NCBI GenBank assembly: GCA_009914755.4
Contig: CP086569.2
Span: 9,920,001-9,984,000 of the forward strand
Length of the DNA: 64,000 nt
Source of the DNA: the human T2T-CHM13v2.0 reference genome, Homo sapiens
Direction: 5' to 3'
Below the pieces are notes generated by a model. The model searched no databases. It was not told the DNA's origin and saw nothing but the letters and a program-made list of their open reading frames with translations. Positions 12,628 through 29,880 of the stretch are shown here, in pieces. A program made the position numbers and the translations under genes. How positions within the stretch are numbered: the stretch's first letter is position 1; every line of letters starts with the position of its first letter.

Positions 12628-15300
12628 ATGGTCCCCCATTCGATGACCCATGTGCACTGCTTTGCTGGCGCAGAGTCTCCTGCAAGAGCAGTAGCAGCCG
12701 TAGTGCCTGCTAGCGGGGCTCTGGAAGCCCAGGGCCTCGGCCTCCGACTCCAGGGCTACTGTGCGCAGGTAACCCTGCTGGGTGTCTGGGCCCCATGAAG
12801 AGCGCGGCAGGCTGTGGGCCCTGAGGAGCTCCCCAGGAGCCCTGTATACACCTAGGTGTGAGACGTGGTTCTCAGCAGGGCTAGGCCGGCGGGCTCCTCC
12901 GGGAGCTTCCTCTAGAGTCTAGGGGTGCTAGGGAGGTGAGATGGGGGGTGCAGGCCTTAATCTGTGGGAGCCTCAAGGAGGGCACTGTGTTAAGGCTTTA
13001 GGCTCTGCAGGAGAGGGCGGACTGTGTGAGAGCAGGGAGGCAACCCTGCGGGAGGAGGCATGGCAGTGGGGGATGACACCATGGCAGAGATGGAGGTGGT
13101 GACCAAGGAGGCCAATGTGGAGCGGCAGTTGGAGGACTAGCAGGCATAGCCTGGCCCAGGCCCCAGTACGCCACGGCCCACAACAGACTCTCTGGACGTC
13201 CTTCACTTGGAGCTGGACTCCGTGAATGCCGCAGGCTGCAGGGCATCCCCTACTTCTGGGCCAGAGCCATATCTTTGCAGCTGCCAATTCAGCGTGGCTG
13301 GCAGCAGCGGGTGGGCATCAAGCTCCCGGGAGAGGGTTTGGGAGAAGCATGGTGGTAGGCACCAGGGGTCAGCAAGATTCAGGGGCTGGGGGACAAGGAT
13401 GGCAACCGAGGACAGGCTCCTGCAGATAGGAGGGCAGCTTGCTTGCGGGTGCCCTGAGGGCACGTGGTAAGAACAGGAAGCCAAGCACAACACACACAAG
13501 GGAGAATAACAGCGCAAAGGACCCTTCATAAACAGCAGAAAGTTGAAGGACAGGTTTCACTGGGAAAGTCCCTGCAGGAAAGGGAGTCTGCATGCCCATG
13601 CCAGCCATGGAACTACTCCTGCTCCCCATGCCTGTGTCCAGCAGACTCACCCCAGAAACACAAGGTGCTCAAGACTTGGGTTCACAGTGCACAGGGCTGC
13701 TGTACCCTGCAAGGCAGGCAACAGCTCCCAAGACAGGATTTCTTCCCTCCCCCGGCACTGCACCCAAAGACGTGTAGGCCCTGAGCATATATAACCTCCC
13801 CTGAACCCACACGAGCCCCATGGGGAGAGCCAGGCATAGCCCTGCAGCCACTTCTACCCACAGAGGTTCCCTCGTGTGTACAAGCCCACCCCTCAGGGAG
13901 ACCAGGAGAAGGGGAGAGCGCACATCCGGACAGCAGCAGAAGCTGTCCAGCACCCAGCACACGAGGGCCTCCTGCAGCTCAGGAACTCTGAGCAAGTAGC
14001 CGCCTGACACCACAATACCCCGCCCACAACCCCCTGACCACTTCTTCTGTGTCTGACCCTGGTCAGAGCACGCTGTCTGGGCGGCCAAGACCACCACAGC
14101 CGCGATGGTGCCCCCCATGCCAGACAGAGACAAAGGACCAGGAAGGGAAGGTGCTAGACCAAAGTCCTGCGAGGTAGCCCTGCCCCACACTCTCCGTGCT
14201 CTTGCAAAGTTGCAGGGTGTCTCCTTGCATGCCCACCCAGTCATCTGGCGGCTCCTTGACCAGAGGCAGATTGTGCGGCACACGCAGATGTTGGCCAGGA
14301 TCACAAATGATAATGAAGTCAGTCTTCCTAAGCTACTTGACGGATTTGTAGGTCAGGCTAAGGAACCTGGGTCTGCAGGAGGGATTCAGTTTCTGAGTGA
14401 GTTTGAGGTCGCTCTGGGGCCGCGGGGTGTCTCAGCGGGAGAGCTGGAAAGGGGAAACGCGTTCTTCACTCCAGCTAACTCAGTGAAACTCCATGAAACT
14501 CAGCCTAGCTACATGAAATGGTCCTTTGAGTCCGTCCTCTTTCTTCTTCTTGGCCAGGTAGGGAGAGGAACACAGCCATCCTGAGTACCAGTGGCAGGAT
14601 GAAGTTTTCCTTTCATCATAACCTTTATTTCCACAATGAAGGTATCATTAAGGGATATTGTGTTGGCATCCTCTGTAAGGAGGGCCTCCCAGCATAATAG
14701 GGGAGGTGGAGTATGGGAGGGTGGGTCTGGCATGAACCTGTCTGTCTCCTCTCTCTCTAGGATACAGGGTATCTCATTCCACTGCAGTCCAGTGGTTGTG
14801 GCATCCTGAAGGTCAATGCTGCAGGCAGTTACACCTCCTACCTGAGCTTTTTCAGCTGGTTGGCTGACCATGGGTGCCCAGGTTCTGGCAGAATAGCTGA
14901 GGTAGGCACCATGGTGGGGCATCATGGAAAAGAACCTTGCTGGTCATTCCTTCACCTCTGGGTAATTGGCTTTGAGCCATGACCTGATTTGTCCTGTAGC
15001 CCCGTCTGCAGTCCCCCAGATCGTCAGCCAGGGCCTGTGCTCAATACCCTGCGTACATTCCAATGGAGGGAGGCCATTAGAGAGGGAACAGAGAGGAGGT
15101 CAGGTGAGCAGTCTAGGGCTGGGGACTGAGAGGCCTTTGATTCCTGGAGTTGTGCCCCACATGGAGAACCTGAGCCTCAGGGAGGTGACTGCAGTGAGCA
15201 ATCCCAAGCCATTCAAGGGGTGGTGGAGAAATGGCCATCAGAGAACTGTAACACCCACATTTTAGGATTGGGGCACCTGAAGCCTCCTAAGGGGCATAAG
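12628..15300 (+). pseudogene. TSPY-like (testis-specific protein Y-encoded, NAP-domain family) pseudogene. It is near full length and degenerate, with frameshifts.
   Basis: The ATG at 12628-12630 sits in a GCCGCCATGG context. Translated pieces match TSPY at MRPEG.., FCGVGRAAQALV.., DDIMAEVEVV.., PGPGP.., FWA, EEEKHPVHL.. and FFNWFSDHNFAGSNKIAE. The last of these corresponds to FFSWLADHGCPGSGRIAE at about 14830-14900. Several frame changes are present. The 3' boundary is uncertain. Confidence 0.6.
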
Positions 15301-16226
15301 TGTTTAAGGCCAGTGGGTGAGAAGCAAGGCTCAAGGGATAGCTGTCTCATCATCCCTGCCCGCTCTTTTCCCTGCCCTGAGGCCGGCTACCACTTGGTGC
15401 TCAGTTTGGGCTCTCTCACTCTCTCTCACCCTCCACACAGATGTCCCCCAGGGCCAGTCTCTGTGTCCTCCCAGAATGGCTCTCCCAGGCCCATCATTTT
15501 CAGTTACAATGATCCCAGGCTCCCCTGACATGTTTACTCCCCTCTGCCATCCTCACTCACACTGGCCCACTCCTCCAGACGAGAGGCCACTGCACAGGGA
15601 ATCTGAAGGACCACACTGGGCTTACAGGGGAGGAAATGTGAAGAGACTGCAAAATAGCTGGGGACCTTCAGTGTGTGTCCAGGGAGGGAAACTGGTGGGG
15701 AATTAAGGCCCACCTGAGTACTGGTGTGGACACCCAGTGTTACTTATCATGATGAAGACCTGCTTTGTCACATCCCCTAATATTAATATGGAAGTTATTT
15801 TCTTGGAATAGTGAAACAATGAGTAAGAAGAAATACTGTTTGTTCAGATTTGTATGGAAATACTGCAGATGCATCCATTTTCCATTACAATTCTTATGTG
15901 AGACTTGAAGTGTTTATTGAATTTTAAGATACATTTTGATTGTTCTGCTCCTGGCAAATTTTATGGTCATGTTTGCAATGTACAGACATAGAATCCGAAA
16001 ATTTTTGAGTGACTTTTAGCTTCTTTTAGAGTACTTACTTGTAAATTTTGAATTTTTTCTCCTGTGGTTCTCTTCAGTTTATTATTTGAACTTTATATGC
16101 AAGGTGATAAATTTGTTTTCTTATTTGCCTCTTGTGGAATTTTTAAAGGACTTTTTTTTTCTGTTAGATATGTGAGTTTGGCTGTGAGTACCTTTTCTAG
16201 TACAAAATTTTTATTTTCATTGGTTA

Positions 16227-16261
<35 letters not shown>

Positions 16262-16263
<2 letters not shown>

Positions 16264-16545
16264 GAGATGGAGTCTTGCTCTGTCATCCAGGCTGGAGTGA
16301 ATTGGCAGGATCTCCACTCGCCTCAAACTGTGCCTCCCAGATTCAAGCAATTCCCCTGCCTCAGCCTGCTGAGGAGCTAGGATTACAGTCACATGCCCCC
16401 ATGTCCAGCTAATTTTTGTATTTTTAGTCAAGACTGGGTTTCACCATATTTGCCAGGCTGCTCTCAAACTCCTGACCTCAAGTGATCCACCTGACTTGGC
16501 ATACCAAAATGCTGGGCTTACAAGTGTGAGCAACCATGCCTGGCC
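16262..16545 (-). mobile_element. Alu
   Basis: Reads tttgagatggagtcttgctctgtcatccaggctggagtg.. through ..ccatgcctggcc. It is preceded by a (GT)15. Confidence 0.85.
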
Positions 16546-16844
16546 TCATTTGTTTTTTTATGTATTTGAACGCTTGTTCTATTTTCTTCATGTACATGTA
16601 TTTTAGAGTTACTGAAATAATATATTTTATTTATTTACTGAATACTGTAGTAGGATTTTAAAAGTAATATTTTTATTCACTAAATACAGTATTGTGAATA
16701 GGTTCAACCTTGTGTAGTACTGTTATTCTTTCTTTCATATATTCTTCAATAACTCTGTTACTGTTTTTCCCCCACCTGAGGAGAACATGCAGATAGTTAC
16801 AAAAAATTGTGTGAGTGAGTGTGTATGAAAATGTAATTTGAAGG

Positions 16845-17173
<329 letters not shown>

Positions 17174-19224
17174 TTAAAAGCCAGTATAATTTTAATTTTA
17201 TTGTAGTCATCACCTTCAGACATTGTTTATTTTGGAGAAGTGATTATGGAAATCTGAAATATCAAGGCCTGATGAGAATACTTAAATTAACCACACTCCA
17301 GAAGTCCAAATCTGAAAAGCAAAGATGTTTCTGATATAATAGCCCAAATTCTGCATTTCCTCTCTATTGGGCAGTATGATATTGTACACATGAAAAACAA
17401 ATGCAGTGTTAAATAAAAAGTAATGGGATTAAGAGGAGTCATTGCTTAGTGAGTTAAAATGACACACAAATAAATTGAGAAGAAAACAAAGACAACGATA
17501 GAAAATACATTGTCTATTGATTTAATTCAGAATAATTTTCATTTTTCTCTATTAGCACTAAATAGTACCATTAACATAATATAATTTTGTATATTGACTT
17601 CTAACATGTGAGTGGCTTTTATTTTGTATATTTGGAAACCTAATCAAAGATTCTTTATACATTTTTCCCCCAAATTTGCTAGCCAATAACTAGCTAAATG
17701 CTAGTTGACTGAATACCACTCACTAAGTAGTTTGACTGTTCCCATTAATTTTAATATGAACTTTGGTCTGTATTTTGTTGACATCTTTACTAAATCTGTA
17801 GGTGGTGACATTGTTCAGGTCTCAGTCATGGATCCTCTTGGGTTTTCTCAAGGCTAAAACACCCTTTTTGTGCTGACCATTAACAAATTCCCAGTTTCAG
17901 GCCAGATCTTTGTTCTGACCTTCAGACTTGGCATATCCAACTGCATGCCTTACATCTCCACTAACAAAACCAGATCTTCATTTCATCCTCCAAACATGTT
18001 TCCTCCTACAGTATTCCACTATTTCAGAAATTCACAGCACCAAATACCCTGTGTTTCAAGCTAGAAATGTAGAGGATGATTCTTCAGGCAGCCTTTTCTC
18101 AATGACTCTTCATCATTCACATCCAACTCTTCACAGGTTGTGTGTCCCCTCTGAGAATTATATAGTCTCAGTAAATAATGACTGGCCCCTAAACAACCTT
18201 CAATCATCCTTTTTTTTTTTCAATTTGTGTCAGTTTCTCTACAGAACAGCTGGAGCTCTGCAATATCAATGTTGGAGAAAGTACCATTCTCTGCAAATAT
18301 TACTATTTTATTTATCACGAGATAAATGTTCCTTAAAAATGCCCACATGAAGCTATGTTAAGTAACACAATTAAATGAGGGCTTTGTTTTACAGACAAGT
18401 ACAAGGCAAATAGAATCCATCATTACATGATCTTTATAACTACATATACAGGTACTAGATATTTTAGACCCCACTTCATATGTCTGAAATTTGGGTCTCA
18501 AAATACTTAACTTCTCTTAAAGTCTAATTTCAGATTACAAAAATACCTCTTTCCACAATATTGTGCTATCTCCCTTTAAGATCCAGATGGGGAATCATTA
18601 AAAACAACAACAACAACAAAAACGTCATTTTCTTCCACCTCTCCTAGCTGTGCCAAAATCTAAATTTTCTGTGGAGATGCTGTCATGTGCAATTTCACCA
18701 AAACTTTTACAACTCTAACCACAGTAGTGGCCTACCTGTTCATCCAATACCTGCACACCTGCTTTAACACAGAAAAATTTGGAAGTTAATATGATTATTA
18801 ACTATTATCATTATAGACAATGGCATCTGAAGATGCTTTCCAATCTTCCTTGAATGTATGAAATTCAAAATGCCAGTACAATCTCCAAATTGTCAGTTAA
18901 TCTTAGTAGCAGTGGATCATTTACAGAAGGTAATTTTGCTGCAGTGGTCAAATATTTTTGTTAAATACTGCTATTTTATAGCCATACATAGCATTAACTG
19001 ACACACAGGGTATAGCTAGAAATATGATCCTAAAGAAAATGTTAAGAAATAGGTTTCTTATTTTTTGCTAAATTGCAAACTAACAGGTTAATTACTACTC
19101 TGAAGTGCTAGATAGTTGGAGTAGTATTTGCCAAGAATGAAAATGCATTTAGGGGCATACAACTTGAGAAGCCTGGAGTGAGGGAAGGATAAGGTATTTA
19201 TTCCTGACTCCTGACTTGATGTTC

Positions 19225-19226
<2 letters not shown>

Positions 19227-19259
<33 letters not shown>

Positions 19260-19320
19260 TTTTTTATTTTTTTTGTGTTTTGGGTTTTTTTTGTTTGTTT
19301 TGTTTTGTTATTTTTTTACT
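19227..19320. repeat. (GT)15 followed by a T-rich/(GTTTT)-like low-complexity tract
   Basis: Read directly from the sequence. Confidence 0.9.
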
Positions 19321-22300
19321 TTCTCTTATGTGTGAGACCAAAGTTTCACAAACAACCCCAAATAATTATGTGGGTCATAAAATATATGTCCAGATACTTC
19401 CAGCTATTTTCCTTCAAAATCCTGGTTCAATCATCTGAAATGAGACCTGGAGAACCAGTAATTCTAACAAGTATGCTAAGAGATTATTAACAAATGACAA
19501 TTGTGAGATATTTAGAAAACCATGCAGGAGCTAGGTAATCAACATTTAATAATTTGTTCTTACTATAAGGGTAAATGATTTTATTGAAATGACTATTTAG
19601 ATGAGTTTTATGAAAAAGACATAATTAAGCACTTCAGTGCTTTCTAATTAGTATCTTTAAAGTATGTTTTGCTAAAGTGGCAAAATTATTTTTTCATTTG
19701 AAGTTAGCATCATAGCCACAAATGACTTCTGAGTTAGCCTTTTGAAAATCTTCAGATCATAAATTCTAAAAACTATCTTGAGTGTTTATAAAACTCAAGA
19801 AAAATCACTAAGAAAAATATAAATAAAAATACCAGTATCCAAAATAATAAAAATAACTCTTACAAATATACAAGAAAAAATATATACAATCTAGCCCAGG
19901 AGAAGGAAAAAGCAGTACAGGTAAGTAGTTAGATCTTTTTCAGAAAAGAGGAAAGTCAAATGACCAACGAAAAATGACTAGATGCTTGAGCTCATTAGTA
20001 ATCCAGGGATATAAATCAAAACCACATTAGGTTCTAACTTTCCTTCATTAGCTTGGCAACTATTAAAATAATAACACTGAGTGGAGTCAAGAATGTAAGA
20101 AAAGTGTAATTTTTTCCATCAATCCACAGGACTATCTAATGATATTTAGTAAAATTAGGGTGACTACAAGGGTTATTGTTCCAACGGAAATTTTTTTTAG
20201 GATAAAAGAGTCCTAACATATACAAAACCATTTATTATTTAGTATATTATTTCCTTACAGGCAAATTGTTTTTACTATATCGATGGATCTATTACATAGT
20301 TATCTTCCAACTATTTTTGAAAATGAAATTCCTTCAAAAATTTAAAACCACAATTACATATCTTCAAGCAAAACAGAAAAATAGCTTCTTTACATTTATT
20401 ATTTAAACATTAGAAATAGTAGGCAGAATAATGACCCCGGAACATATTTATATGAACTGATCTGTTTCTTATCAATAATTATCCATAGTTCTTTTCTGGA
20501 AAATGCATTTCTTTCAATTTTATATTGGTTTTTAAAATAAAGTTACTTGCAAGCTTTTCCAAAGTTGCTTCTTGTTACCAATAAAAGTTATCAACAATGT
20601 TTAGTGTAACTGAACATTAAAAATCATTTGTCACATTATTCAATGTTTTATTTCTCGCACAATAAAATTTCAAGAGCTTTATTTTAATTCCAATGATTGA
20701 CTAAATGTTCAAACCATTTTTAATTTAATTTTCTGTTTGAAACATCTAAATGTCATTATTGAATTCTTTTGGAATTTCTTCTGTAGCTAATGGAGCTAAC
20801 ATACTAACAATTACTGATGCATATTTCTTAACTGCAAAAAAATTAGAATTAAAATATATACACAATTGATTTTTTAAAAAATAGTAATTTGATGTAAATA
20901 AAAAGCCCTGCATCTCAGAATTATATGCTTAATTTTTCCGAATTCACATACTAAACCTGTGAAAATGTCATCTTCAGGCACAGTTTTCTTAATGTAACTA
21001 AGTATTACCTTCTGAAATAGCAGCTGCTTTTTCCCCTCAGCTTTCTATATGCTGGATTTCAGGATATCACTTTTAGCCTTGTGGTTCTAACATGGAATAC
21101 AAGGCTTTATGATTACATCATTTGTTTATTGGCACTTTTCAACCCATAATTTGATTTAAAGGGAAATTGAGAAGTTTTTAATTAAATACCTACTTGCATT
21201 TTTCAACCATTGCTGCTGAAACAGATTTTTGTAAAATAGTCATTAGCAAGCAGCCCATAAATAGTTGTAGGTATATGAGAGATGACAAAACCACTGTGGC
21301 CAGACCAATTAACTATGCTCTGTGTGTTAAGCTTCTATTTCTAGCACATAATTTACGTATATCTAGCCTATTATTTCCTTCATTTTCCCCAAACCTACCA
21401 CACGATGATCTGGGAGTGTCATATAAGTGGACCACATAGAAAGAAAACAAAACAAAACAAAAAATAAACCATGTCAAATACTTCTTCCATCACCAGGCAA
21501 GATTGGAAGAAACTACTCATCCCTAGCTACTACTGATTCAGTGCATATTGATTTACCGTCACTCAGTCTGCTACATGCAGTCCTTGAAAAGTAGCAGGAT
21601 CTATGTTTTGTGTGAACTGTGTCAGGAAACTAAAGTTGATTTTCAGATTATCCCCACACTAAAGTCATCGTTCTGTTAACATTTTATTTTTCTCACATAC
21701 TGATAGAGGCCTGACAAGCTGTAATTGTTAAACAAAATGAACATTTAGCACACACATGCTGGTTCTAATTAATGTAACTTATAATAATACTTCACTAAAA
21801 ATGAAAAATCTAAGACATATGCTAAGCTGATTAGCATGGATCAACAATAGTAATAAAGTGGTAGTCCAGGGAGCTAATGAGAATATTTTATCTCCTCAAA
21901 ATTAAAACTGTACACACACTGCAGTCCTGACATTCTTCTAGTATATTCATTAGAAACTCTCACATATGTGTAACTGGAGGGATAGGGAAGGTTTTTCATT
22001 GTAGCATTTCAATAAAGCCATCATGGAACATAAGAATTCAGTAGACTGCGAACTATGCCATCAATAATGGCAGCTGTCAACAAGAATCTTAACAGAAAAA
22101 AAATGTGAAATAATACACACATTATAATATTGACATAAACACTCAAAATTCACAAAACACCAGTATTATTCAGAAATAAATATTTTAATAAATTTTAAAA
22201 ATATGAATATAATACCAGTTCCTGATAATGGTGCCTAAGAAATGGTAAAAAGGAAACTAACCTGAGGGCGAATATTCCAATTACAACCAGAGGTAATGTA

Positions 22301-22692
22301 AGTAGAAAAAGGAATATATTAATAGCTGCTATTTTTAAGTGGGGTTAAATTGGTATTTGTTATATTATTTTGTATTTCTATATCTTTTTAAATTTTCCTC
22401 AAAACCAAATAATTTTATAATACCATTTACATTGCAATCACCTTGTGAAGTAATTGCTTTACAATTTCCTTGTCTCAATTGTCACTTCCAAGAAATTAAA
22501 AAAATTAAAAATTAGAACAAGTGGTATTTTCAAAGAAAAACATTTTACAAGTGTGAGATAAAATATATTACCAGCACTTCACATTTTTTGACTCATTATC
22601 CATGTAAAATCACGTAGTAGAAGAGAGAAGGACACAGGCAGAATTTCATGTATAAGTAGAGGAAACATTTGTATGTTTATTTAAAATATCTT

Positions 22693-25289
<2,597 letters not shown>

Positions 25290-25290
<1 letters not shown>

Positions 25291-26152
25291 AAATTTTAAA
25301 AATATCTTCTTAAGACATACTAGTGGCCAAGAAACATAAGAAAAGTGCTCAACATCACTGATCATCAGAGAAATCCAAATCAAAATCACAACAAGATACC
25401 ATCTCATACCAAGTCAGAATGACTATTATTATTAAAAAGCGAAAATAATAAGAATGATGTATGTGGGCAAGGCTGCAGGGAACAAGGAACTCTTATACAC
25501 TGGTGGTAAGAATGTTCAGTCACTGTGGAAAGCAGTTTGGGGATTTCTAAAAGAACTAACAATAGAACTACCATTCCACCCAGCAATCATATTACTCAGT
25601 ATATGCTCAAAGGAAAATAAATCATTAAAGCTACCAAAAAGACACAGGAAATCTCATATTCATCACCATAGCGAAGACACGAGGTTAACCTAGGAGCCCA
25701 TCCATGGTGGATGGGATAAAGAAAATGTGGTACATATGAACCCTGTACTAGCACACAGCCATAAAAAGAACAAAATCATCTCCTTTACAGCAACACGGAC
25801 TTAGCTGTGTTATTAACCTAAGCAAATTAATGAGGAAACAGAAAAACAAATATTGAATATTCTCAATTATGAAACAAATATTGAATATTCTCAATTATGA
25901 AAAAGAGCTTAAACTTAGGTGCACACAGAAATAAAGACAGGAACATTATACAGTGGGACTCCAAAGTGGGACAGAGGGAGAGAGGCAGGGGCTGAAAATC
26001 TTCCTATTGGGTACAAAGTTCGGTATCTGGGTGATGGGATCAACAGAAGACTAAACATCGGCATCACACAATATGCCTTTGTAACAAGCCTGCACATGTA
26101 CTCTCTGAATCTATACTAAAAATGAAATACAAATAAAATAAATACACTACTA
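25290..26152 (+). mobile_element. Older L1 (L1PB/L1MA-like) 3' end fragment
   Basis: A diverged ORF2 C-terminus (KCSTSLIIREIQIKITTRYHLIP..) and 3' UTR. It ends in an A-rich tail near 26150. It contains a 23-bp tandem duplication near 25845-25895. Confidence 0.6.
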
Positions 26153-28915
26153 AAGGAAATAATATGTTACATTACAGAATTGACATTATTGCAGTGATAC
26201 GTAATTGAAACATGCTAATAAAATCTATATAAGCTTTGTGGAAACGGTGATGTCTCCTGACTGTCTTTAAAAGTATAAAAATGGGATGGCTACCTTATGC
26301 AAATTAATTAGACTTCAGTTGCCCTAATTAAGAGAGCATCAGCTGAGTCAAACAATAATAGATAAGTTATAATTCATGTCACCATTCTACCTTATTATAT
26401 TACCTCCGAAATCATATCCCAAGTTTTCTTCTATTTTGAGAAACATCACTCTACATACATATAGAACAAAGATTGGTTTTGCAGATTAGCATGATTTTAA
26501 TAGAGCAAATTCCATCTTCAAATCTGATAAGCACTTTCCAATCCATAAAACACTGTTAGAAAAACCTATCAGGCTAGACACATTTCACAGAGCCTGTGAA
26601 GTTATAAATCACTTATACCTCCCTCTTGTGTTACCATGATAATGCATAGCACTTACATACTGTTTCTTAGCTTGAAAGAGCTGAGGAACTTTAATTAATC
26701 CTTAGACTACCCAGTGAGAGAGTGAGAAGAAGACTGGTGAAGAGATCATTTAACTACATAATTCACACTTGCTTATATGTAATTCAGCATATGTGTCATG
26801 TTGTATTCTCCTAGCTTTCTATTTCAATCTTCAGAGAAATAATATTTATGTGTGAATGTATGATGCATAGGCATCTATTATGAATAAAATTATGTAGACT
26901 GCACTCTGTCTGCCACTAAAAGCTAACAGATATATGTACATCCAACACACAAAAAACATCTGGTACATTCTGCTGTATTTTCTTTTCTTATTCATTTCAT
27001 ATATCATCTTCAGGCATTTCAGAGTGGACTTCTTATATTTGAATAGGCTAAAAATTTTAAATAAGGAATATACAAATCTCTTGTTAATTTTTATAATTAC
27101 TTTATTTTTTTGGGAAATGTATTAAATATAAATGTTTATAAATGAATAAAAGAGAATATCGTATGTGAACGCTTCACTGAAATGAAAGAATATTTAACTA
27201 TTCTATTTATAATTCTGTTCAGCAGGATTTCCTTCTCTGCAGGTAGCTGGTTAGAGGGGTCTACCAAAACAAATCTATTTCTGCAGTGAATACCAACACT
27301 GGGTTACTCAGGAAAGAACTCTTTCAGTCTGCAAAACACAATACATCTTTTCCCTGAGCAGTGTAAATTCTTATACAGTTTTACTGTTCAACTAAAATTT
27401 CAATTTAAACATTTTCCTTCTTATTACAAAGAAAATCTGGTTACTTCTAATTGCTTGCCCAAAATCTAATCTCTATAAGTATATAAAATTACATAGACAT
27501 ACACACATGCATAAAAAAAAACTGTGCAACTGGAAGACCAACTGTTGTGTACATGTGTTCTGTTTTAAAAAACTTTCTACTGTACTATTTGCATTAAGGT
27601 TATAGTTGTAATTCAATCAATGACCCATTTTAAACGAGTGGCTAGGACATCACTGGAGAAAGTGTGTACAATGCAAGAAACATTTCCCTATGCATCACTT
27701 TATTTGTAAATACATTTATACTTTATAGTTAAAATGGTTAACTTTTTTGTCAAAGACTGATACTGGCAAAAGTTTTGTTTCTTAATATATTCTTTAATTT
27801 TTTCCAAAATGTTTTTAAATATCATTCATATATTTATTCTAATTTCTTCTGGGAATAAATGGCCAAAGAAAAATGGAGAAAATAATTTTTTTCCTATAAG
27901 TTTATCATCTCCTGAGTGTCAAACTTGTCATGAAAGGAGAGATGCATCTTCTGCTCTTACTTTAGGACCAGAGTTTCCACCAACAGATTATAAATGTGAA
28001 AATAACTGCCTACTTAAAGACACTGTTCTGCAGAAAACACTATTACAGTCTGAGATTGAACCCTAAGGACTGGCCTTGGGAAACTTGAGACTTTGGTCAA
28101 CTAATTTCTAAGGATGTTCTCTGTTGCAAGGGTTATTGACTCTTCAGTCAAACACTGTATCATGGAAAATCTAACCTAGTTGGCCATTTGGTTATGAGAT
28201 GATAAAAAATAAGAAAAATATTCCTGGAATGCAGATAGCCAGAACTGTAGGTCTTCAAGGAAAAGTACTCTCAGTAACAATGTGAAAGTTTGTCTGAATT
28301 TCCATTTCCACATTATGATAATTATGCCACATTTTTTAGCATTTCTGTAAATTATTTCTGGTTTTGAAAATCTTTACTTTTGAATGTGGATTTATCTTTA
28401 AAAATTAATATTGTTTCATGGGACCATTTGCTTGTATAAATTATGCAACATTTTATGGGAGCTCATATACAGACATCTCATACAAAGCAAGTGATGAGAC
28501 ATATGTTTGAGATGCATTAGGGTGGATGAAAAGGAAGCAGTGTTTTTACTCTCTTGGTCTCTCACTTCTGATAAGATAAACTACAAAATACTTACAAACA
28601 AAAGTTTAAAAAAGAATGACTGAATCTCTTGTGTCCGACTGTTGTTTTGTATCCCATAAACCCTTTATGCTATATCTAAGACTTAAAGTGTTTTAAACAG
28701 TAGATATTGGTCTTTAGGATATCAAGTGGAGGCAGGGTGACACAAGCAGTTGCTGCCTGGGGGATATTATCTAACGAAAGAAGTCAGCAACAGGCAGCTG
28801 AAAGGGCAGTGGTCCAGTGCCAGCTGTTTAGCTGAGACTTGTATAAGTTTCTCAAAAATTGATAGATGCCGAGCTGCCCGTAAGTTACTTACACTTCCCC
28901 AAGAGCACCTCTCAA

Positions 28916-29416
28916 CTAGAAAGGCAGAAGAAACACTGAAAAGGATACAACATTGGCCCAGAAGCCAGGGATGCTCTGGATGATGGCCCCTCTGCGGTCC
29001 AGGTGGGGCTTGCACCTCCGCTCCATCTTTTCCCGCTGCCGAGAAAAGGCCTTCCTGGCTTGGGCATTAACCAGCTCCAGCCCCACCCGAACGGCCAGCA
29101 GCTCCTCCAGTGCAGACTCTGGGGTCATGGGCCCAGGGCCAGGCTGTGCCCGCTGGTCCTTCTGCCGCTCCACGAGGGCCTCCTCCTCGGCCATCACCCC
29201 CACCTCCGCCATTATGTCATCCAACACCAGCACTGTCTCCTGCTTCAAGGTTGCCTCCTCCCTCTGCGCCTCGGGCAGAGTGAAGACGGTGCACCCTGAA
29301 GACGGTGTCCTTCTCCGGACTCCCATAGACCACCGCCTGTGCAGCCCGACCCATAGCACAGGAACCCTGCGCTGCCCTTTCTGTAGCCTGTGGGTGGGCG
29401 GGAACTCAGGGCGCAT
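28916..29416 (-). pseudogene. TSPY-like exon-1 fragment (..[94 protein letters not shown])
   Basis: Strong match to remembered [102 protein letters not shown]. Homology stops just after FWANV, and no downstream exons were found. The open frame extends upstream to 29452. Confidence 0.75.
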
Positions 29417-29880
29417 GCACCTGGCTTCCAGGCGCCACCTAACGGACTGCACTCAAAGGGCACCTGGAGCCGCGCCAAGACCGCCAGCCTCCCCCTGCGG
29501 CCAATCAGTGCGAGGCGGTGCGCATCTCCCTGGGCGGCACCAACCAAGGCTGGCCTGCAGTCCCAGCCTCCCGGGGTAAGCCTACTCTGAGAAGCCCTCA
29601 GAGCTAGTGCCAGGTAGCGCTGCATCCAGGCACACGCGGGCTGCGTGACCTTTGGAAATGCTGGCATGTGAGCCCTGTGCCCTAACTGACATCCTGAGTG
29701 TGGCAAGCCATTGACCCACAAGGAACACATGAAACGTCTCACTTCATTACGCAAGCCAGGTAGATGGTACGGAATATTGCAGATCCGGAGAATTCTCTGG
29801 CTGCTGGGGCGAGGGCAGCGGGAGTGGCCTGGGGAAAGTGGGTCCAGGCCGGCGCGTGGGAGAAAAGTCGCCTGGTTATG
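29417..29880 (-). promoter_or_regulatory. 5' flank of the TSPY-like fragment, duplicated at 12045-12470
   Basis: Called from its position upstream of the TSPY-like ATG and from its second copy in the window. No motif was verified. Confidence 0.2.

Noticed and set aside
13669-14304. 211-aa minus-strand ORF and several overlapping ORFs of 80-110 aa at 12.9-14.3 kb
   Set aside because: They lie in a GC-rich TSPY-pseudogene region where long stop-free frames arise by base composition. The recognisable TSPY homology is on the plus strand and is itself frameshifted.
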